64,000 nt of DNA from Gemmatimonadota bacterium (GCA_046757485.1 JBHHYJ010000001.1:115454-179453), one strand, 5' to 3'; positions 1-10,594 are shown, numbered from the stretch's first letter. Translations and numbers: made by a program. Notes: generated from the letters alone by a model not told the origin.

Positions 1-1944
1 CGGCGGATCCCGACGCTCGTCGGTCCGCTGGCCGTGCTGGCCTCCTTCGCGATCGTGGCGGCCAACTTTCTCTCCATGCGGGGCGCGGGGGTGGACGATC
101 CGATCCTCGTCTCTCTGTGGACGTGGATCGCGGCGGGCGATCTGCGAGTGGGCGTCGACCTGCAGCTCGACCATCTCTCCCTGCTCATGGGCCTCATCGT
201 CACGGGGGTGGGCGGAATCATCCACGTGTACAGCGTCGGGTACATGCGGGAAGATCCGGGTTATTCCCGCTTCTTCGCCTACCTGAACCTGTTCGTCTTC
301 TTCATGCTGCTCCTCGTGCTGGGGGCGAACTTCCCGCTCATGTTCGTCGGGTGGGAGGGGGTCGGCCTGTGCTCCTACCTGCTGATCGGCTTCTGGTACG
401 AGGTCCGGGCGTACAGCGACGCGGGGAAGAAAGCGTTCATCGTGAACCGGGTCGGGGACGCCGGCTTTCTTGTCGCGATCTTCCTGCTGTTCAACGCCTT
501 CGGGACGCTCGACTTCCTACCGATCCTCTCGCGGGCGCCCGGAGAGCTGGCGTACGGGGGTCCCCTGGCTACGTGGATCACGCTGCTTCTCTTCGTGGGT
601 TGCACGGGGAAGTCGGCCCAGATTCCGCTGCATGTGTGGCTGCCGGATGCCATGGCGGGCCCGACTCCGGTTTCCGCTCTCATCCACGCCGCCACGATGG
701 TCACGGCGGGCGTCTACCTGGTGGCCCGGACCGGAGTGCTCTTCGCGCTGGCTCCCGTTTCCCAGGCAGTGGTCGCCGCCGTGGGAGCGGGGACGGCCCT
801 GTTCGCGGCGACGATCGCTCTTCAGCAGGTGGACATCAAACGTGTGCTGGCCTACAGCACGATCTCCCAGCTCGGGTACATGTTCCTCGCTGTCGGGATC
901 GGGGCGTTCACGGCCGGAATCTTCCACCTGATGACGCACGCCTTCTTCAAGGCGCTCCTCTTCCTGGGCGCGGGCGCGGTCATCCACCGGGTGGAGCACG
1001 CCTGGCACGGGCTCGGGCACCATGGGGATCCGAACGACATGCGGAACCACGGCGGCCTCGCGTCCCCGATGCCGATCACCGCCGCCACGATGTGGATCGC
1101 GACGCTGGCCATCGCGGGCGTCTTCCCGTTCGCGGGCTTCTTCTCGAAGGACGAGATCCTGTGGCGCGCGGGCGCGTACGGATACCCGATCCTGTGGGCC
1201 GTGGGGCTCGTGACGGCCGTGTTGACCGCCGTGTACATGACACGCCTCATGGTGCTGACGTTCCATGGGCGGAACCGCACGTTCGCGGAGATCGCGGGAG
1301 GGACGGGGGTGGATCCCTCCGCTACCACGCCGGTCCCCTCCGAGGACGCCGGGCGCCGGCTGCACGAAGCGCCCCCCGTCATGTGGGTTCCTCTCGTCCT
1401 GTTGGCCGCGCTGGCGCTCGTGGGTGGGTGGGTGAACGTGCCCGAGGCGCTCCCGCTGCCGGGCGTGGAGGCGTTGCATCACTGGTTGGAGCCGGTCTTC
1501 GAGCCGGCTCGCCGGGTGGCGGCCGGTCACGGCTTCGAGCCCGGTCACCGGGCACCGCTGGGCGGAGGGGAGGGGGCCTGGGCGCTGATCTCCACCCTCC
1601 TCGCGGCGGCGACGGTGGGGGTCACCCTCCTCTTCCTGAAGGAACGCCGCTGCCCGACCCCTTCGCGGGCCGCGGAGCCCCGGGGGGTGGCCCGGTTCCT
1701 GTACAGGAAGTGGTACGTGGACGAGCTGTACGATCGCGCCATCGTACGGCCTCTGCTGACCGTATGGCGAGCCTGCTGGCGGGTGGTGGACGCGCGCCTC
1801 GTCGACGGTTCGGTGAACGGGGTGGCGGGAACGAGCAGCATCGTGGGTTGGCTGGGGAGCCAGCTCCAGAGCGGCCGGGTGGGAACGTACCTCTTCTTCT
1901 TCGTGGTCGGCGCGGTCTTCATCCTGGGGACGCTGGCGTTCTAG
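1..1944 (+). CDS. nuoL: NADH-quinone oxidoreductase subunit L (5' end lies upstream of the window)
   Basis: The reading frame is open from base 1 with no upstream stop. The protein aligns to NuoL from about residue 40 (LWTWIAAGD...GWEGVGLCSYLLIGFWY). It runs to the TAG at 1942-1944. Confidence 0.9.
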   Translation, partial: RRIPTLVGPLAVLASFAIVAANFLSMRGAGVDDPILVSLWTWIAAGDLRVGVDLQLDHLSLLMGLIVTGVGGIIHVYSVGYMREDPGYSRFFAYLNLFVFFMLLLVLGANFPLMFVGWEGVGLCSYLLIGFWYEVRAYSDAGKKAFIVNRVGDAGFLVAIFLLFNAFGTLDFLPILSRAPGELAYGGPLATWITLLLFVGCTGKSAQIPLHVWLPDAMAGPTPVSALIHAATMVTAGVYLVARTGVLFALAPVSQAVVAAVGAGTALFAATIALQQVDIKRVLAYSTISQLGYMFLAVGIGAFTAGIFHLMTHAFFKALLFLGAGAVIHRVEHAWHGLGHHGDPNDMRNHGGLASPMPITAATMWIATLAIAGVFPFAGFFSKDEILWRAGAYGYPILWAVGLVTAVLTAVYMTRLMVLTFHGRNRTFAEIAGGTGVDPSATTPVPSEDAGRRLHEAPPVMWVPLVLLAALALVGGWVNVPEALPLPGVEALHHWLEPVFEPARRVAAGHGFEPGHRAPLGGGEGAWALISTLLAAATVGVTLLFLKERRCPTPSRAAEPRGVARFLYRKWYVDELYDRAIVRPLLTVWRACWRVVDARLVDGSVNGVAGTSSIVGWLGSQLQSGRVGTYLFFFVVGAVFILGTLAF

Positions 1945-1945
1945 C

Positions 1946-3571
1946 ATGTACGAGAGCCACGGAATCCTGAGCCTCCTTGTGGCGCTTCCCCTGGCGGGAG
2001 CGCTCGCCTGTTATGCCGTGCGGGAATCGCGGGCCCGCTACGTGGCTCTCGGGGCGACGCTCCTGGAGTTCCTGCTCTCGGTGCCCCTCTTCTGGAGCTT
2101 CGAGAAGGGCACGGCCGCGTTCCAGAACTACGTGTCCGTGCCGTGGATCGAGGCGTGGGGGATCCACTACGCCGTGGGTCTGGACGGCATCTCGCTCCTC
2201 ATGGTCCTCCTCACCACTTTCGTGATGCCGCTCGCCGTGCTGGGCTCCTTCGCGTACATCCGCCGGCGCGAGCGCGCGTACTATGCGCTGCTGCTTCTCC
2301 TGCTGACGGGGATGGTGGGGGTGTTCGTGGCTCTCGACCTCTTCCTCTTCTACCTCTTCTGGGAGGTGACCCTGATTCCGATGTACTTCATCATCGGAGT
2401 GTGGGGGAGCGATCGACGGATCTACTCGGCGGTGAAGTTCATCCTGTACACCGCCGCCGGTTCCCTGCTGATGCTGGTCGCCATCGTAAGCCTCGTCTAC
2501 CTGTACAGCCGGCAGACGGGGGTCGTGACGTTCAGCTACGAGCGCCTGCTGGAGCTCGCCATACCGGGCGGCACCCAGCTGTGGCTCTTCGGGGCGTTCG
2601 GGCTCGCGTTCGCCATCAAGATCCCGCTCTTCCCGTTCCACACGTGGCTTCCCGATGCGCATGTGGATGCACCGACGGCAGGCTCCGTCGTCCTGGCCGG
2701 CATCCTTCTGAAGCTGGGGGCGTACGGCTTTCTCCGGTATGCCTTGCCGCTCTTCCCGGGCGCGGCCACCGACCCGGCGATCGTGACGACGCTGATGGTC
2801 CTGGGGCTCGTGGGGATCGTGTACGGTGCTTGGGTGGCGGCCGTGCAGCCGGACGCCAAGAAGCTGATCGCCTACACTTCGGTGGCGCACATGGGGTTCA
2901 TCGTGCTGGGCCTCTTCGCGCTGACGGTGCAGGGGGTGCAGGGCGGAATCCTGCAGATGGTGAACCACGGGATCTCCACGGGGGCCCTCTTCCTCCTGAT
3001 CGGGATGCTGTACGAGCGGCGTCACACACGGTTGATTGCCGACTTCGGCGGACTCGCCAGGGTGATGCCGGCGTTCGCGGCGGCGTTCGTCGTCGTGGCG
3101 TTGAGCTCGATCGGGCTTCCCGGGACGAACGGCTTCGTGGGCGAGTTTCTCATCCTGGTCGGGACGTTCAGGGTGAGGCCGGTGATAGCCGCCGTGGCCA
3201 CCACGGGGGTGATCTTCGCCGCTTGCTACATGTTGCCTATGGTGCAGCGCGTGCTCCTGAACCGCCTGAAGGCGGAGGAGAATCGAGAGCTCCGGGACCT
3301 CACGCCACGCGAGCACGCGACCCTCCTGCCCGCGCTCGCCATGATCCTTGTCATTGGCGTCTTCCCGACGCCGTTTCTGGAGCGGACCTCGGCCTCGGTG
3401 GAGGCGCTGATCGAACGGGTGGAGAGCGGAGCCAAGGCGGAGGCAGGCGCACCGGAGACGGTGACCGCGGTCTCGTATCACCGGGAGGCGATGACTCCGA
3501 TCCCGCTCCGGCGACGGGCGACGACCCTCACTCGCTCCACGGACGTGCCCGGTGAGGAGGGAGCCCCTTGA
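1946..3571 (+). CDS. nuoM: NADH-quinone oxidoreductase subunit M
   Basis: The ATG sits 1 nt after the nuoL stop. The 541 aa protein is polytopic and carries NuoM/ND4 antiporter-like motifs (FFLFYLFWE, HTWLPDAH). Confidence 0.9.
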   Translation: MYESHGILSLLVALPLAGALACYAVRESRARYVALGATLLEFLLSVPLFWSFEKGTAAFQNYVSVPWIEAWGIHYAVGLDGISLLMVLLTTFVMPLAVLGSFAYIRRRERAYYALLLLLLTGMVGVFVALDLFLFYLFWEVTLIPMYFIIGVWGSDRRIYSAVKFILYTAAGSLLMLVAIVSLVYLYSRQTGVVTFSYERLLELAIPGGTQLWLFGAFGLAFAIKIPLFPFHTWLPDAHVDAPTAGSVVLAGILLKLGAYGFLRYALPLFPGAATDPAIVTTLMVLGLVGIVYGAWVAAVQPDAKKLIAYTSVAHMGFIVLGLFALTVQGVQGGILQMVNHGISTGALFLLIGMLYERRHTRLIADFGGLARVMPAFAAAFVVVALSSIGLPGTNGFVGEFLILVGTFRVRPVIAAVATTGVIFAACYMLPMVQRVLLNRLKAEENRELRDLTPREHATLLPALAMILVIGVFPTPFLERTSASVEALIERVESGAKAEAGAPETVTAVSYHREAMTPIPLRRRATTLTRSTDVPGEEGAP

Positions 3572-5160
3572 CGCTCGATCTCGCTTCGCCGGCAGCTTAC
3601 CTGGTGGCATTGCTCCCCGAGACGATTCTGTCGGTGGCCGCCATGGGAATCCTCATGGCGGACGTGTTCCTGCGGAGGGGAACCGTCCGACCCTCCGGCC
3701 GGTGGGTGGGAAGGGCGGCGCTCGCCGCCGTCCTCGTGGCGGTGGCCGCGAACGCGCTCCTTCTGGGGGTGCGGGCGACCGGTGGGGCTGGACTCGTGGC
3801 GATCGACGGCTACCGGATCGTGGCCGGTTTCGTCGTGCTCGGGGCGGCGTTGCTGAGCGTGCTCTTCTCCTTCGACTACCTGGAGCGGGAAGGTCTCCGG
3901 CTGGGGGAGTACTACTTTCTCCTTCTCCTGGCCGCGGTGGGGATGCTCGTTCTGGTGGCGGCCCGCGACCTGATCCTGCTGTTCGTCGGCCTCGAGCTGA
4001 TGTCGATCGCGGTGTACGTGTTGACCGGCTTCGACCGGCGCAACCCCAGAGGTACGGAGGCGGGTCTCAAGTACTTCCTCATCGGGGCGTTCGCCAGCGG
4101 GTTCTTCCTGTACGGGATCGCGCTCCTGTACGGTGCGACGGGGACGACGGCCCTGGCGGGGATCGGCCCGCGGGTCGCCGAGGCGGTGGCGGAACGCGAC
4201 GCGTTTCTCTTCTCGGGGATCGCCCTGCTCCTCGTGGGGTTCGGGTTCAAGATCTCGGCTGTTCCGTTCCACATGTGGACGCCGGATGCGTATGAGGGTG
4301 CCCCGACGCCGGTGACGGGGTACATGGCGACGGGAGTGAAGGCGGCCGCCTTCGTGGCGCTGCTGCGGATCGTGACCGTGGAGCTGGCCCCGGCGATGAG
4401 CGCCTGGCAGGGAATCCTCTGGTGGCTGGCGATGCTCACCATGATCGTCCCGAACCTCATCGCTCTCGCCCAGGAGAACGTGAAGCGGATGCTGGCCTAC
4501 TCCTCGGTCGCCCACGCGGGCTACCTGCTGGTCGGGGTGGTGGCGGGCAGCGCGCTGGGTCGCGCGGCGGCTCTCTTCTACCTCGGGGTCTACACGCTCA
4601 TGACGGCCGGAGCGTTCGCCGTCGTCTCCGCCGTGGCCGGCCGGGGAGAGGAGCGGCTCCGGCTCCCCGATTATCGCGGGCTGGGCTGGCGGCGACCCCT
4701 GCTCGCCGGCGCCTTGGTCGTCTTTCTGCTCTCGCTGGCGGGTTTCCCTCCCACCGGCGGGTTCGTCGGCAAGCTGTATCTCCTGCGCGCGGCGGTGGGC
4801 GCGGACCAGATGGCGCTGGCGATCACGCTCGTTCTGACGAGTCTCGTGTCGTACTACTACTACTTCCGCGTGGTGTGGAAGATGTACTTCGACGAGGCTC
4901 CTGTGGAGCTACCGGAACTCCTGCCCTCCGGCGCGGCGTTTCGTCTGGCGACGGCGATCTGTGCCGTCGGTGTCTTCGCGGCGGGCTTGCTGCCAGGACC
5001 CGCCGTCCGGGTCATGGACCGCGTGGGCCGGGAGCTGGGTCCGCCGCCCGCCGCGGGAGTCTCCGGACCGCGGGAGGCCGGCGGGCGGGAGGTTCGGAGT
5101 CTTTCCTCTTTGACGCCCGCCTCCCGCTCGACGCGCGCGGCTCGCACCCGATCCTTCTGA
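3568..5160 (+). CDS. nuoN: NADH-quinone oxidoreductase subunit N
   Basis: A TTG start overlaps the nuoM stop (TTGA). The protein is NuoN/ND2-like (LIALAQENVKRMLAYSSVAHAGY) and is the last gene of the nuo operon. Confidence 0.85.
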   Translation: MTLDLASPAAYLVALLPETILSVAAMGILMADVFLRRGTVRPSGRWVGRAALAAVLVAVAANALLLGVRATGGAGLVAIDGYRIVAGFVVLGAALLSVLFSFDYLEREGLRLGEYYFLLLLAAVGMLVLVAARDLILLFVGLELMSIAVYVLTGFDRRNPRGTEAGLKYFLIGAFASGFFLYGIALLYGATGTTALAGIGPRVAEAVAERDAFLFSGIALLLVGFGFKISAVPFHMWTPDAYEGAPTPVTGYMATGVKAAAFVALLRIVTVELAPAMSAWQGILWWLAMLTMIVPNLIALAQENVKRMLAYSSVAHAGYLLVGVVAGSALGRAAALFYLGVYTLMTAGAFAVVSAVAGRGEERLRLPDYRGLGWRRPLLAGALVVFLLSLAGFPPTGGFVGKLYLLRAAVGADQMALAITLVLTSLVSYYYYFRVVWKMYFDEAPVELPELLPSGAAFRLATAICAVGVFAAGLLPGPAVRVMDRVGRELGPPPAAGVSGPREAGGREVRSLSSLTPASRSTRAARTRSF

Positions 5161-5206
5161 CGGGTCGGGCGAGGCTCTCCGAACGCCGAGCACGGGACGG
5201 CATGGC

Positions 5207-6583
5207 ATGCGGATCCACAGGGAGATCTTCCGTGAATACGATGTTCGGGGGGTCGTGGGCCAACACCTCACGCCCCACGTGGCTCGCGGCGTAGCCCGGG
5301 CGTTCGGGAGCGAGTTCGAGGAGCGCCACGCCCCCACGGTCGCCGTCGGTCGCGACAACCGTCCCAGCTCGCCGGAGCTGGCGGCGGCGATCTGTCGAGG
5401 TCTGAACGAGGCGGGCGTGCGTGCCCTGGACGTGGGTACGCTGCCCACTCCTGTCCTCTACTTCGCCGCCCTGTCTCTGGAGACCGATGGGGGGATGCAG
5501 GTCACCGGCTCGCACAACCCGCCGGAGTACAACGGCATCAAGATGGTCCGTGACAACCGCCCGGTCTACGGCGCCGCGATCCAGGCCTTGGCCGCGCGGA
5601 TCGAGGAGGAGCGCTATGCTGGCGGTGAGGCGGAGACGGAGCGGGTCACCGTGCTGGACCGGTACGTGGAGTCGTTCGCGGCGCGAGCCCGCGTGGTCGA
5701 GCCGCTCCGCCTGGTGCTCGACTGCGGCAACGGGGCGGGGAGCGTGGTGTCCGGCAGGGCCCTGCGCGCCGCGGGCATCGAGGTGGACCCTCTCTTCTGC
5801 GAGTCTGACGGCACCTTTCCAAACCATCATCCGGATCCGACGGTCGACGAGAACCTACAGGATCTCATCGCCCGGGTGAAGGAGACGCGGGCCGCCTTCG
5901 GCGTCGGGCTGGACGGGGACGCGGACCGCATCGGCGTCGTGACGGATGAGGGCGAGGTCCTGCGGGGAGACCGTCTCCTGCTCCTGTTCGCCGTGGAGCT
6001 GCTGCGGGATCTGCCCGGCGCGGAGGTGATCTTCGACGTCAAGTGCTCCCAGGCACTCCCGGAGGCGGTCGCGGCACGGGGCGGTGTGCCCGTCATGTGG
6101 AAGACGGGCCACTCCCTGATCAAGGAACGCATGCGGGAGTCCGGCGCTCCCATCGCGGGTGAGATGAGCGGCCATATCTGTTTTGCAGACAGATACTTCG
6201 GATTTGACGACGCCACCTATGCGGCGGCGCGGCTGGCCGAGATCGTGGCCCGCTCCGGGCGACCGCTCTCCGCGCTGGCCGGGGAGATCCCTGCCTATCC
6301 TTCCACCCCGGAGCTCCGGGTGGCGTGTCCGGAGGACCGAAAGTTCCGGGTCGTCGAGCGAGCGGTGGCGCACTACCGGGCCTCGCACGAGGTGATCGAC
6401 ATCGACGGAGCCCGGGTGCAGTTCGCCGGGGGGTGGGCGCTGATCCGGGCGAGCAACACGCAGCCGGTCCTCGTCGTGCGGGTGGAGGCGGAGAGCGAGT
6501 CGCGCCTGCGGGAGATCCGCGCGGAGGTTGCTGCCTTCCTGGCCCGCGAGGGCGTCCACCTCGACGCGGTGGGCGAGCCGTGA
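5207..6583 (+). CDS. phosphomannomutase/phosphoglucomutase
   Basis: The N-terminus reads MRIHREIFREYDVRG. The active-site Ser loop reads TGSHNPPEYNGIKM, as in the alpha-D-phosphohexomutase family. Confidence 0.85.
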   Translation: MRIHREIFREYDVRGVVGQHLTPHVARGVARAFGSEFEERHAPTVAVGRDNRPSSPELAAAICRGLNEAGVRALDVGTLPTPVLYFAALSLETDGGMQVTGSHNPPEYNGIKMVRDNRPVYGAAIQALAARIEEERYAGGEAETERVTVLDRYVESFAARARVVEPLRLVLDCGNGAGSVVSGRALRAAGIEVDPLFCESDGTFPNHHPDPTVDENLQDLIARVKETRAAFGVGLDGDADRIGVVTDEGEVLRGDRLLLLFAVELLRDLPGAEVIFDVKCSQALPEAVAARGGVPVMWKTGHSLIKERMRESGAPIAGEMSGHICFADRYFGFDDATYAAARLAEIVARSGRPLSALAGEIPAYPSTPELRVACPEDRKFRVVERAVAHYRASHEVIDIDGARVQFAGGWALIRASNTQPVLVVRVEAESESRLREIRAEVAAFLAREGVHLDAVGEP

Positions 6584-6615
6584 GCCGGGTCGGACGGGAG
6601 GCGGCGGGAGGTGAC

Positions 6616-7566
6616 GTGACGCCGTGGGCGGGGACGGCCGTGGTGGCGATCGGAGGGAACGCGTTGTCACCCGCCGGGGAGAGTGCGACGGTCGCGAACC
6701 AGTTCCGCCACACCCGCGAAAGCCTCGCTCCGATCGTCGAGCTCGCCGGGCTGGGATGGAAGATCGCCGTCGTGCACGGCAACGGTCCGCAGGTGGGAGA
6801 CGCGCTTCTGAGGAACGAGTGTGCGCGAGCGTTGCTGCCCGAGATGCCGCTCGGCGTGCTGGTGGCCGCCACGGCGGGCTGGATCGGGTACATGATTCAG
6901 CAGTCGCTTCAGAACGCCCTGGCGCGGGCGGGGGCCCGTCGGGGCGTCGTAACGCTGGTGACCCAGGTGCTGGCCGATGCGGCGGCGGCCACGACGCGGG
7001 AGCCGCGCAAGTTCATAGGGCGGGCGCTGGACCCGGAAGTGGCGGAGGCGCTGCGGCGGGACGGGGTCCATGTGGAGCGGGACGATCACGGAAGCCTGCG
7101 TCGCCGGGTGCCGAGCCCGGAGCCGTTGGAGGTCGTAGAGGCGGCCGTCATCGCGCAGCTCGTGGCCCGGGGCGAGATCGTGGTGGCGGCAGGCGGCGGA
7201 GGCGTACCGGCGTATCGGGATGCGATCCTCGGCCTGGAGGGGATCGACGGCGTCGTGGACAAGGACCTGGCAGCCGGACTGCTGGCGCGGGAGATCGGGG
7301 CAGAGCTCCTCCTGATCCTGACGGACGTGGACGGAGTGTACGAGGGGTTCGGGACGCCGGCCGCGAGGCGAATTCCCCGCCTCGCGGCACGGGAGGCCCG
7401 AGAGCTCCTGACGTCGGCGGAGCTCGGCGTCGGGTCGATGGAGCCGAAGGTGCGGGCGGCGGTGGAGTTCGTGGAGGCCGGAGGGGAGCGGGCGGTCATC
7501 GCGGCCCTCGAGGATGCCTCTCGGGCCGTGGCCGGCGAGGTGGGGACGACGGTCGCGGCAACCTGA
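6616..7566 (+). CDS. arcC: carbamate kinase
   Basis: A GTG at 6616 is preceded by GGAGGTGA. The 316 aa protein carries VVAIGGNAL...VVHGNGPQVG...GSMEPKV, the amino-acid kinase fold of carbamate kinases. The 5' part of the supplied ORF (6325-6615) overlaps the phosphomannomutase gene and is rejected. Confidence 0.7.
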   Translation: MTPWAGTAVVAIGGNALSPAGESATVANQFRHTRESLAPIVELAGLGWKIAVVHGNGPQVGDALLRNECARALLPEMPLGVLVAATAGWIGYMIQQSLQNALARAGARRGVVTLVTQVLADAAAATTREPRKFIGRALDPEVAEALRRDGVHVERDDHGSLRRRVPSPEPLEVVEAAVIAQLVARGEIVVAAGGGGVPAYRDAILGLEGIDGVVDKDLAAGLLAREIGAELLLILTDVDGVYEGFGTPAARRIPRLAAREARELLTSAELGVGSMEPKVRAAVEFVEAGGERAVIAALEDASRAVAGEVGTTVAAT

Positions 7567-7609
7567 CAGGGGGGAATGCGCAGAGCCGCGAAGGGATGAC
7601 GGAGAAGGA

Positions 7610-8746
7610 ATGAACATCCACGAATACCAGGCGCGCGAGATCCTGCGGCGGCACGCGGTACCCGTGCCCGAGGGAGAGGTCGCGCGGACCCCGGAGGAAG
7701 CCGCGGAGGCGGCCCGACGGCTGTCGGGCCGCGTGGTCGTGAAGGCGCAGGTGCACGCGGGCGGCCGGGGCAAGGCGGGGGGCGTGAAGCTGGCCGACGG
7801 GACGGAAGAAGCACGGGCGGCGGCGGAGAAGATCCTCGGCATGGAGATCAAGGGAATCCCGGTCCGCCGGGTGCTCGTGGCCCCGGCGGTCGAGATCGCC
7901 TCGGAGGCGTACGTGGGGGTGGTGATGGATCGCGGATCGCGGGCGGACGTCATCATGGTCTCCCGGGAAGGCGGTGTGGAGATCGAGGAGGTGGCGGCGA
8001 CGACGCCGGAGGCGATCCATCGGCAAGTCGTGGACTCGCGGTATGGCCTGTTGAACCATCAGGCCGCGCGCCTCGGCTTCCTCCTTTACGAGGAACCGGA
8101 ACTCGCCCGCCAGGCGTCGGCGGTGATCTCGCGGCTGTATGATGCGTATCGGGCCAGCGGATGCACGCTGGCGGAGATCAACCCGCTGGTCGTCACACGG
8201 GGCGGCGAGGTGCTGGCGATCGATGCGAAGATGAACGTGGACGACAACGCGCTCTTCCGGTTCCCCGAGATCGCCGCCCTGCGCGATGAGGAAGGGGAGG
8301 CGGCGTCCGAGCGGCGAGCGCGCGAGGCCGGGCTGAGCTACGTGAAGCTCGAGGGCAACGTGGGCTGCTGTGTGAACGGGGCCGGCCTGGCGATGGCGAC
8401 GATGGATCTGATCAAGTACTACGGAGGTGAGCCGGCGAACTTTCTGGATATCGGGGGCTCATCGAACCCGGACAAGGTCGTGGCCGCGCTCGAGATCATC
8501 ACCAACGATCCGAACGTACGCTCGATCCTCTTCAACATCTTCGGAGGGATCACCCGGTGCGATGACGTGGCCAACGGGATCGTGACCGCCACCGAGCAGC
8601 TGGAGCTCGCCGTTCCGCTCACGATCCGCCTCACCGGGACGAACGAGGAGGAGGCGGTGAGGATCCTGGAGGAGAACGGATACCGGGCGATGGTCGATAT
8701 GGACGCGGCCGTCCAGGCGGCCGTCGAGCGAGTGGGCGGCCGATGA
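7610..8746 (+). CDS. sucC: succinyl-CoA synthetase beta subunit
   Basis: The protein begins [12 protein letters not shown] at an ATG (7610) preceded by GGAGAAGGA. It has the ATP-grasp fold of the ligase CoA family. Confidence 0.9.
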   Translation: MNIHEYQAREILRRHAVPVPEGEVARTPEEAAEAARRLSGRVVVKAQVHAGGRGKAGGVKLADGTEEARAAAEKILGMEIKGIPVRRVLVAPAVEIASEAYVGVVMDRGSRADVIMVSREGGVEIEEVAATTPEAIHRQVVDSRYGLLNHQAARLGFLLYEEPELARQASAVISRLYDAYRASGCTLAEINPLVVTRGGEVLAIDAKMNVDDNALFRFPEIAALRDEEGEAASERRAREAGLSYVKLEGNVGCCVNGAGLAMATMDLIKYYGGEPANFLDIGGSSNPDKVVAALEIITNDPNVRSILFNIFGGITRCDDVANGIVTATEQLELAVPLTIRLTGTNEEEAVRILEENGYRAMVDMDAAVQAAVERVGGR

Positions 8747-9612
8747 GCGTGTTCATCGGAGAGGAAACGCGGCTCGTCGTTCAGGGAATCACGGGTCGGG
8801 ACGGGTCGTTTCACACGCGGCAGATGATGGCGTACGGCACCCGGATCGTGGCGGGTGTGACGCCCGGCAAGGGAGGCCGATCGTTCGACGAGCGAGTCCC
8901 GATCTTTCACACCGTGGAAGAAGCCGTTCAAGTGACGGGGGCGAACGCCAGCGTCATCTACGTGCCGGCCGCGTTCGCCGCCGATGCGATCCTCGAGGCG
9001 GCTGACAGCGGGGTCTCGCTGATCGTGTGCATCACCGAGGGAATCCCGGTGGGGGAGATGTTACGCGTCCTGCCGTACGTGAAGGAAAGAGGAGCTCGGC
9101 TCGTGGGTCCGAACTGCCCCGGGCTCATCGTGCCTGAACTGTGCAAGGTGGGGATCCTGCCGGGCCAGATCGTCAGGCCCGGTCCGGTGGGGATCGTGAG
9201 TCGCTCGGGCACGCTGACGTACGAGGTGGTTTTCCAGCTCACCCGCAGCGGGATCGGGCAGTCCACCTGTATCGGAATCGGCGGCGACCCGCTCATCGGT
9301 ACGGACTTTGTCGACTGCCTGCGCGCGTTCGAGGAGGATCCCGGTACAGAGGCGGTCGTGTTGATCGGTGAGATCGGGGGAACGGATGAGCAAGTGGCGG
9401 CGCGCTTCGCCCGTGAGGAGATGAGCAAGCCGGTGACCGCTTTCATCGCCGGCCGGACGGCTCCGCCGGGACGCCGGATGGGCCACGCGGGCGCGATCAT
9501 CTCGGGTAGTGAAGGTACGGCGGAGGAGAAGATCCGCACGTTCGAGGAGAGCGGCATCCGCGTGGCCCGGCGACCGGTCGAAATCGCGGGGCTGGTGGGC
9601 GGGGAGCGGTGA
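8743..9612 (+). CDS. sucD: succinyl-CoA synthetase alpha subunit
   Basis: An ATGA overlap joins it to sucC. The CoA-binding N-terminus reads [12 protein letters not shown], and the phosphohistidine loop GHAGAI is present. Confidence 0.9.
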   Translation: MSVFIGEETRLVVQGITGRDGSFHTRQMMAYGTRIVAGVTPGKGGRSFDERVPIFHTVEEAVQVTGANASVIYVPAAFAADAILEAADSGVSLIVCITEGIPVGEMLRVLPYVKERGARLVGPNCPGLIVPELCKVGILPGQIVRPGPVGIVSRSGTLTYEVVFQLTRSGIGQSTCIGIGGDPLIGTDFVDCLRAFEEDPGTEAVVLIGEIGGTDEQVAARFAREEMSKPVTAFIAGRTAPPGRRMGHAGAIISGSEGTAEEKIRTFEESGIRVARRPVEIAGLVGGER

Positions 9613-9619
9613 GCCACCC

Positions 9620-10594
9620 ATGACGGAGAGCCGGCCCGGTCAGGGACGAGATTCCGAATCCGGCGGGGGACAGTCTCTCCGGAGCCTTCTCAGCGAGCGG
9701 GAGGTCGTCATCCCGCTACCGGCCGATACCCTGGCAGGGGCGCTCGGGCATCTCGGGCAGCGACTGGTCGCGGGCCTGCCGCCCGAGGCCCGGGATCCGC
9801 TCCTCGGGCAACTGAACGAGGTGGCAGCGGGCGATCTCGTTCCGCTGGGTCAGGGCGCCGTGCTCGCCCATCTGCGGAGCACCGTCCTCCCGGGCGTCCG
9901 GGTCGTCGTGGGGGTGGCGAAGCGGCCGCTCGAATTCGCTCCGGAGACGGCGAAAGGGGCAAGGGTCCTCATCCTGGTGGTCTCGGGCACCTCCAGCACC
10001 CGGGAGTATCTGCAGACGCTGGCCGCCCTCGGTCGTGTGCTCCGCGGGGCGGGAGTGACGGATCGCCTGGCCGCCGCGGGGGCGGCCGAGGAGCTTCTCT
10101 CCGTGCCGGAGCTGGATCAGCCGCTCGTGGGCCCCCGCCTGCGAGTGCAGGACATCATGACCGCCCGGGTGGTGGCCGTGGCTCCCGACGCCAGCCTGGC
10201 GGAGGCACTTCGCCTCATGATCCACCACAGGCTGCGGGCGCTGCCGGTGGTGAACGAACGCCGGGAGGTGCTGGGGGTGATCGCCGATCGGCAGGTGATG
10301 GAGCATTATCTTCCGCGTCTCGGCTCCGTCCAGGAGGCAGAGGAAAGCGGCCGGCGGGTGGAGGTGGCCGTGCGCGAGATCATGGATCGGAGCGTCCTGT
10401 GCGTGAAGGGGAGCCAGAGCGTCTGGGACGTGGCCGCGCTGATGATCAACAAGGATGTAGAGCGTTTTCCGGTGTGCGAGGACGGTGCCCTGGTGGGGTT
10501 CTGCACGCGGGGTGACGTGATCCGCCGACTCTTGGGGCCGCAGGCGGCGCTGCGGGCGGCCGGAGAAGGGAACGGCAGCGATGACGAAGCTTGA
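9620..10594 (+). CDS. PTS EIIA(Ntr)-like domain fused to a CBS-pair domain protein
   Basis: The N-terminal roughly 150 aa match PTS EIIA type-2/PtsN topology, including a GQGAVLAHL loop at the phospho-His position. Two CBS motifs follow (VQDIMTARVVAV... and VREIMDRSVLCV...). ATG 9620 lies just after the sucD stop. Confidence 0.6.
   Translation: MTESRPGQGRDSESGGGQSLRSLLSEREVVIPLPADTLAGALGHLGQRLVAGLPPEARDPLLGQLNEVAAGDLVPLGQGAVLAHLRSTVLPGVRVVVGVAKRPLEFAPETAKGARVLILVVSGTSSTREYLQTLAALGRVLRGAGVTDRLAAAGAAEELLSVPELDQPLVGPRLRVQDIMTARVVAVAPDASLAEALRLMIHHRLRALPVVNERREVLGVIADRQVMEHYLPRLGSVQEAEESGRRVEVAVREIMDRSVLCVKGSQSVWDVAALMINKDVERFPVCEDGALVGFCTRGDVIRRLLGPQAALRAAGEGNGSDDEA

Noticed and set aside
517-1947. 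476 aa minus-strand ORF, plus similar long antisense ORFs at 1919-3610 and 3478-4515 across nuoL/M/N
   Set aside because: Arg/Pro/Gly-rich, with no recognisable domains. They lie entirely antisense to well-supported nuo genes. Such ORFs are typical stop-codon-poor artefacts of 70 % GC DNA.
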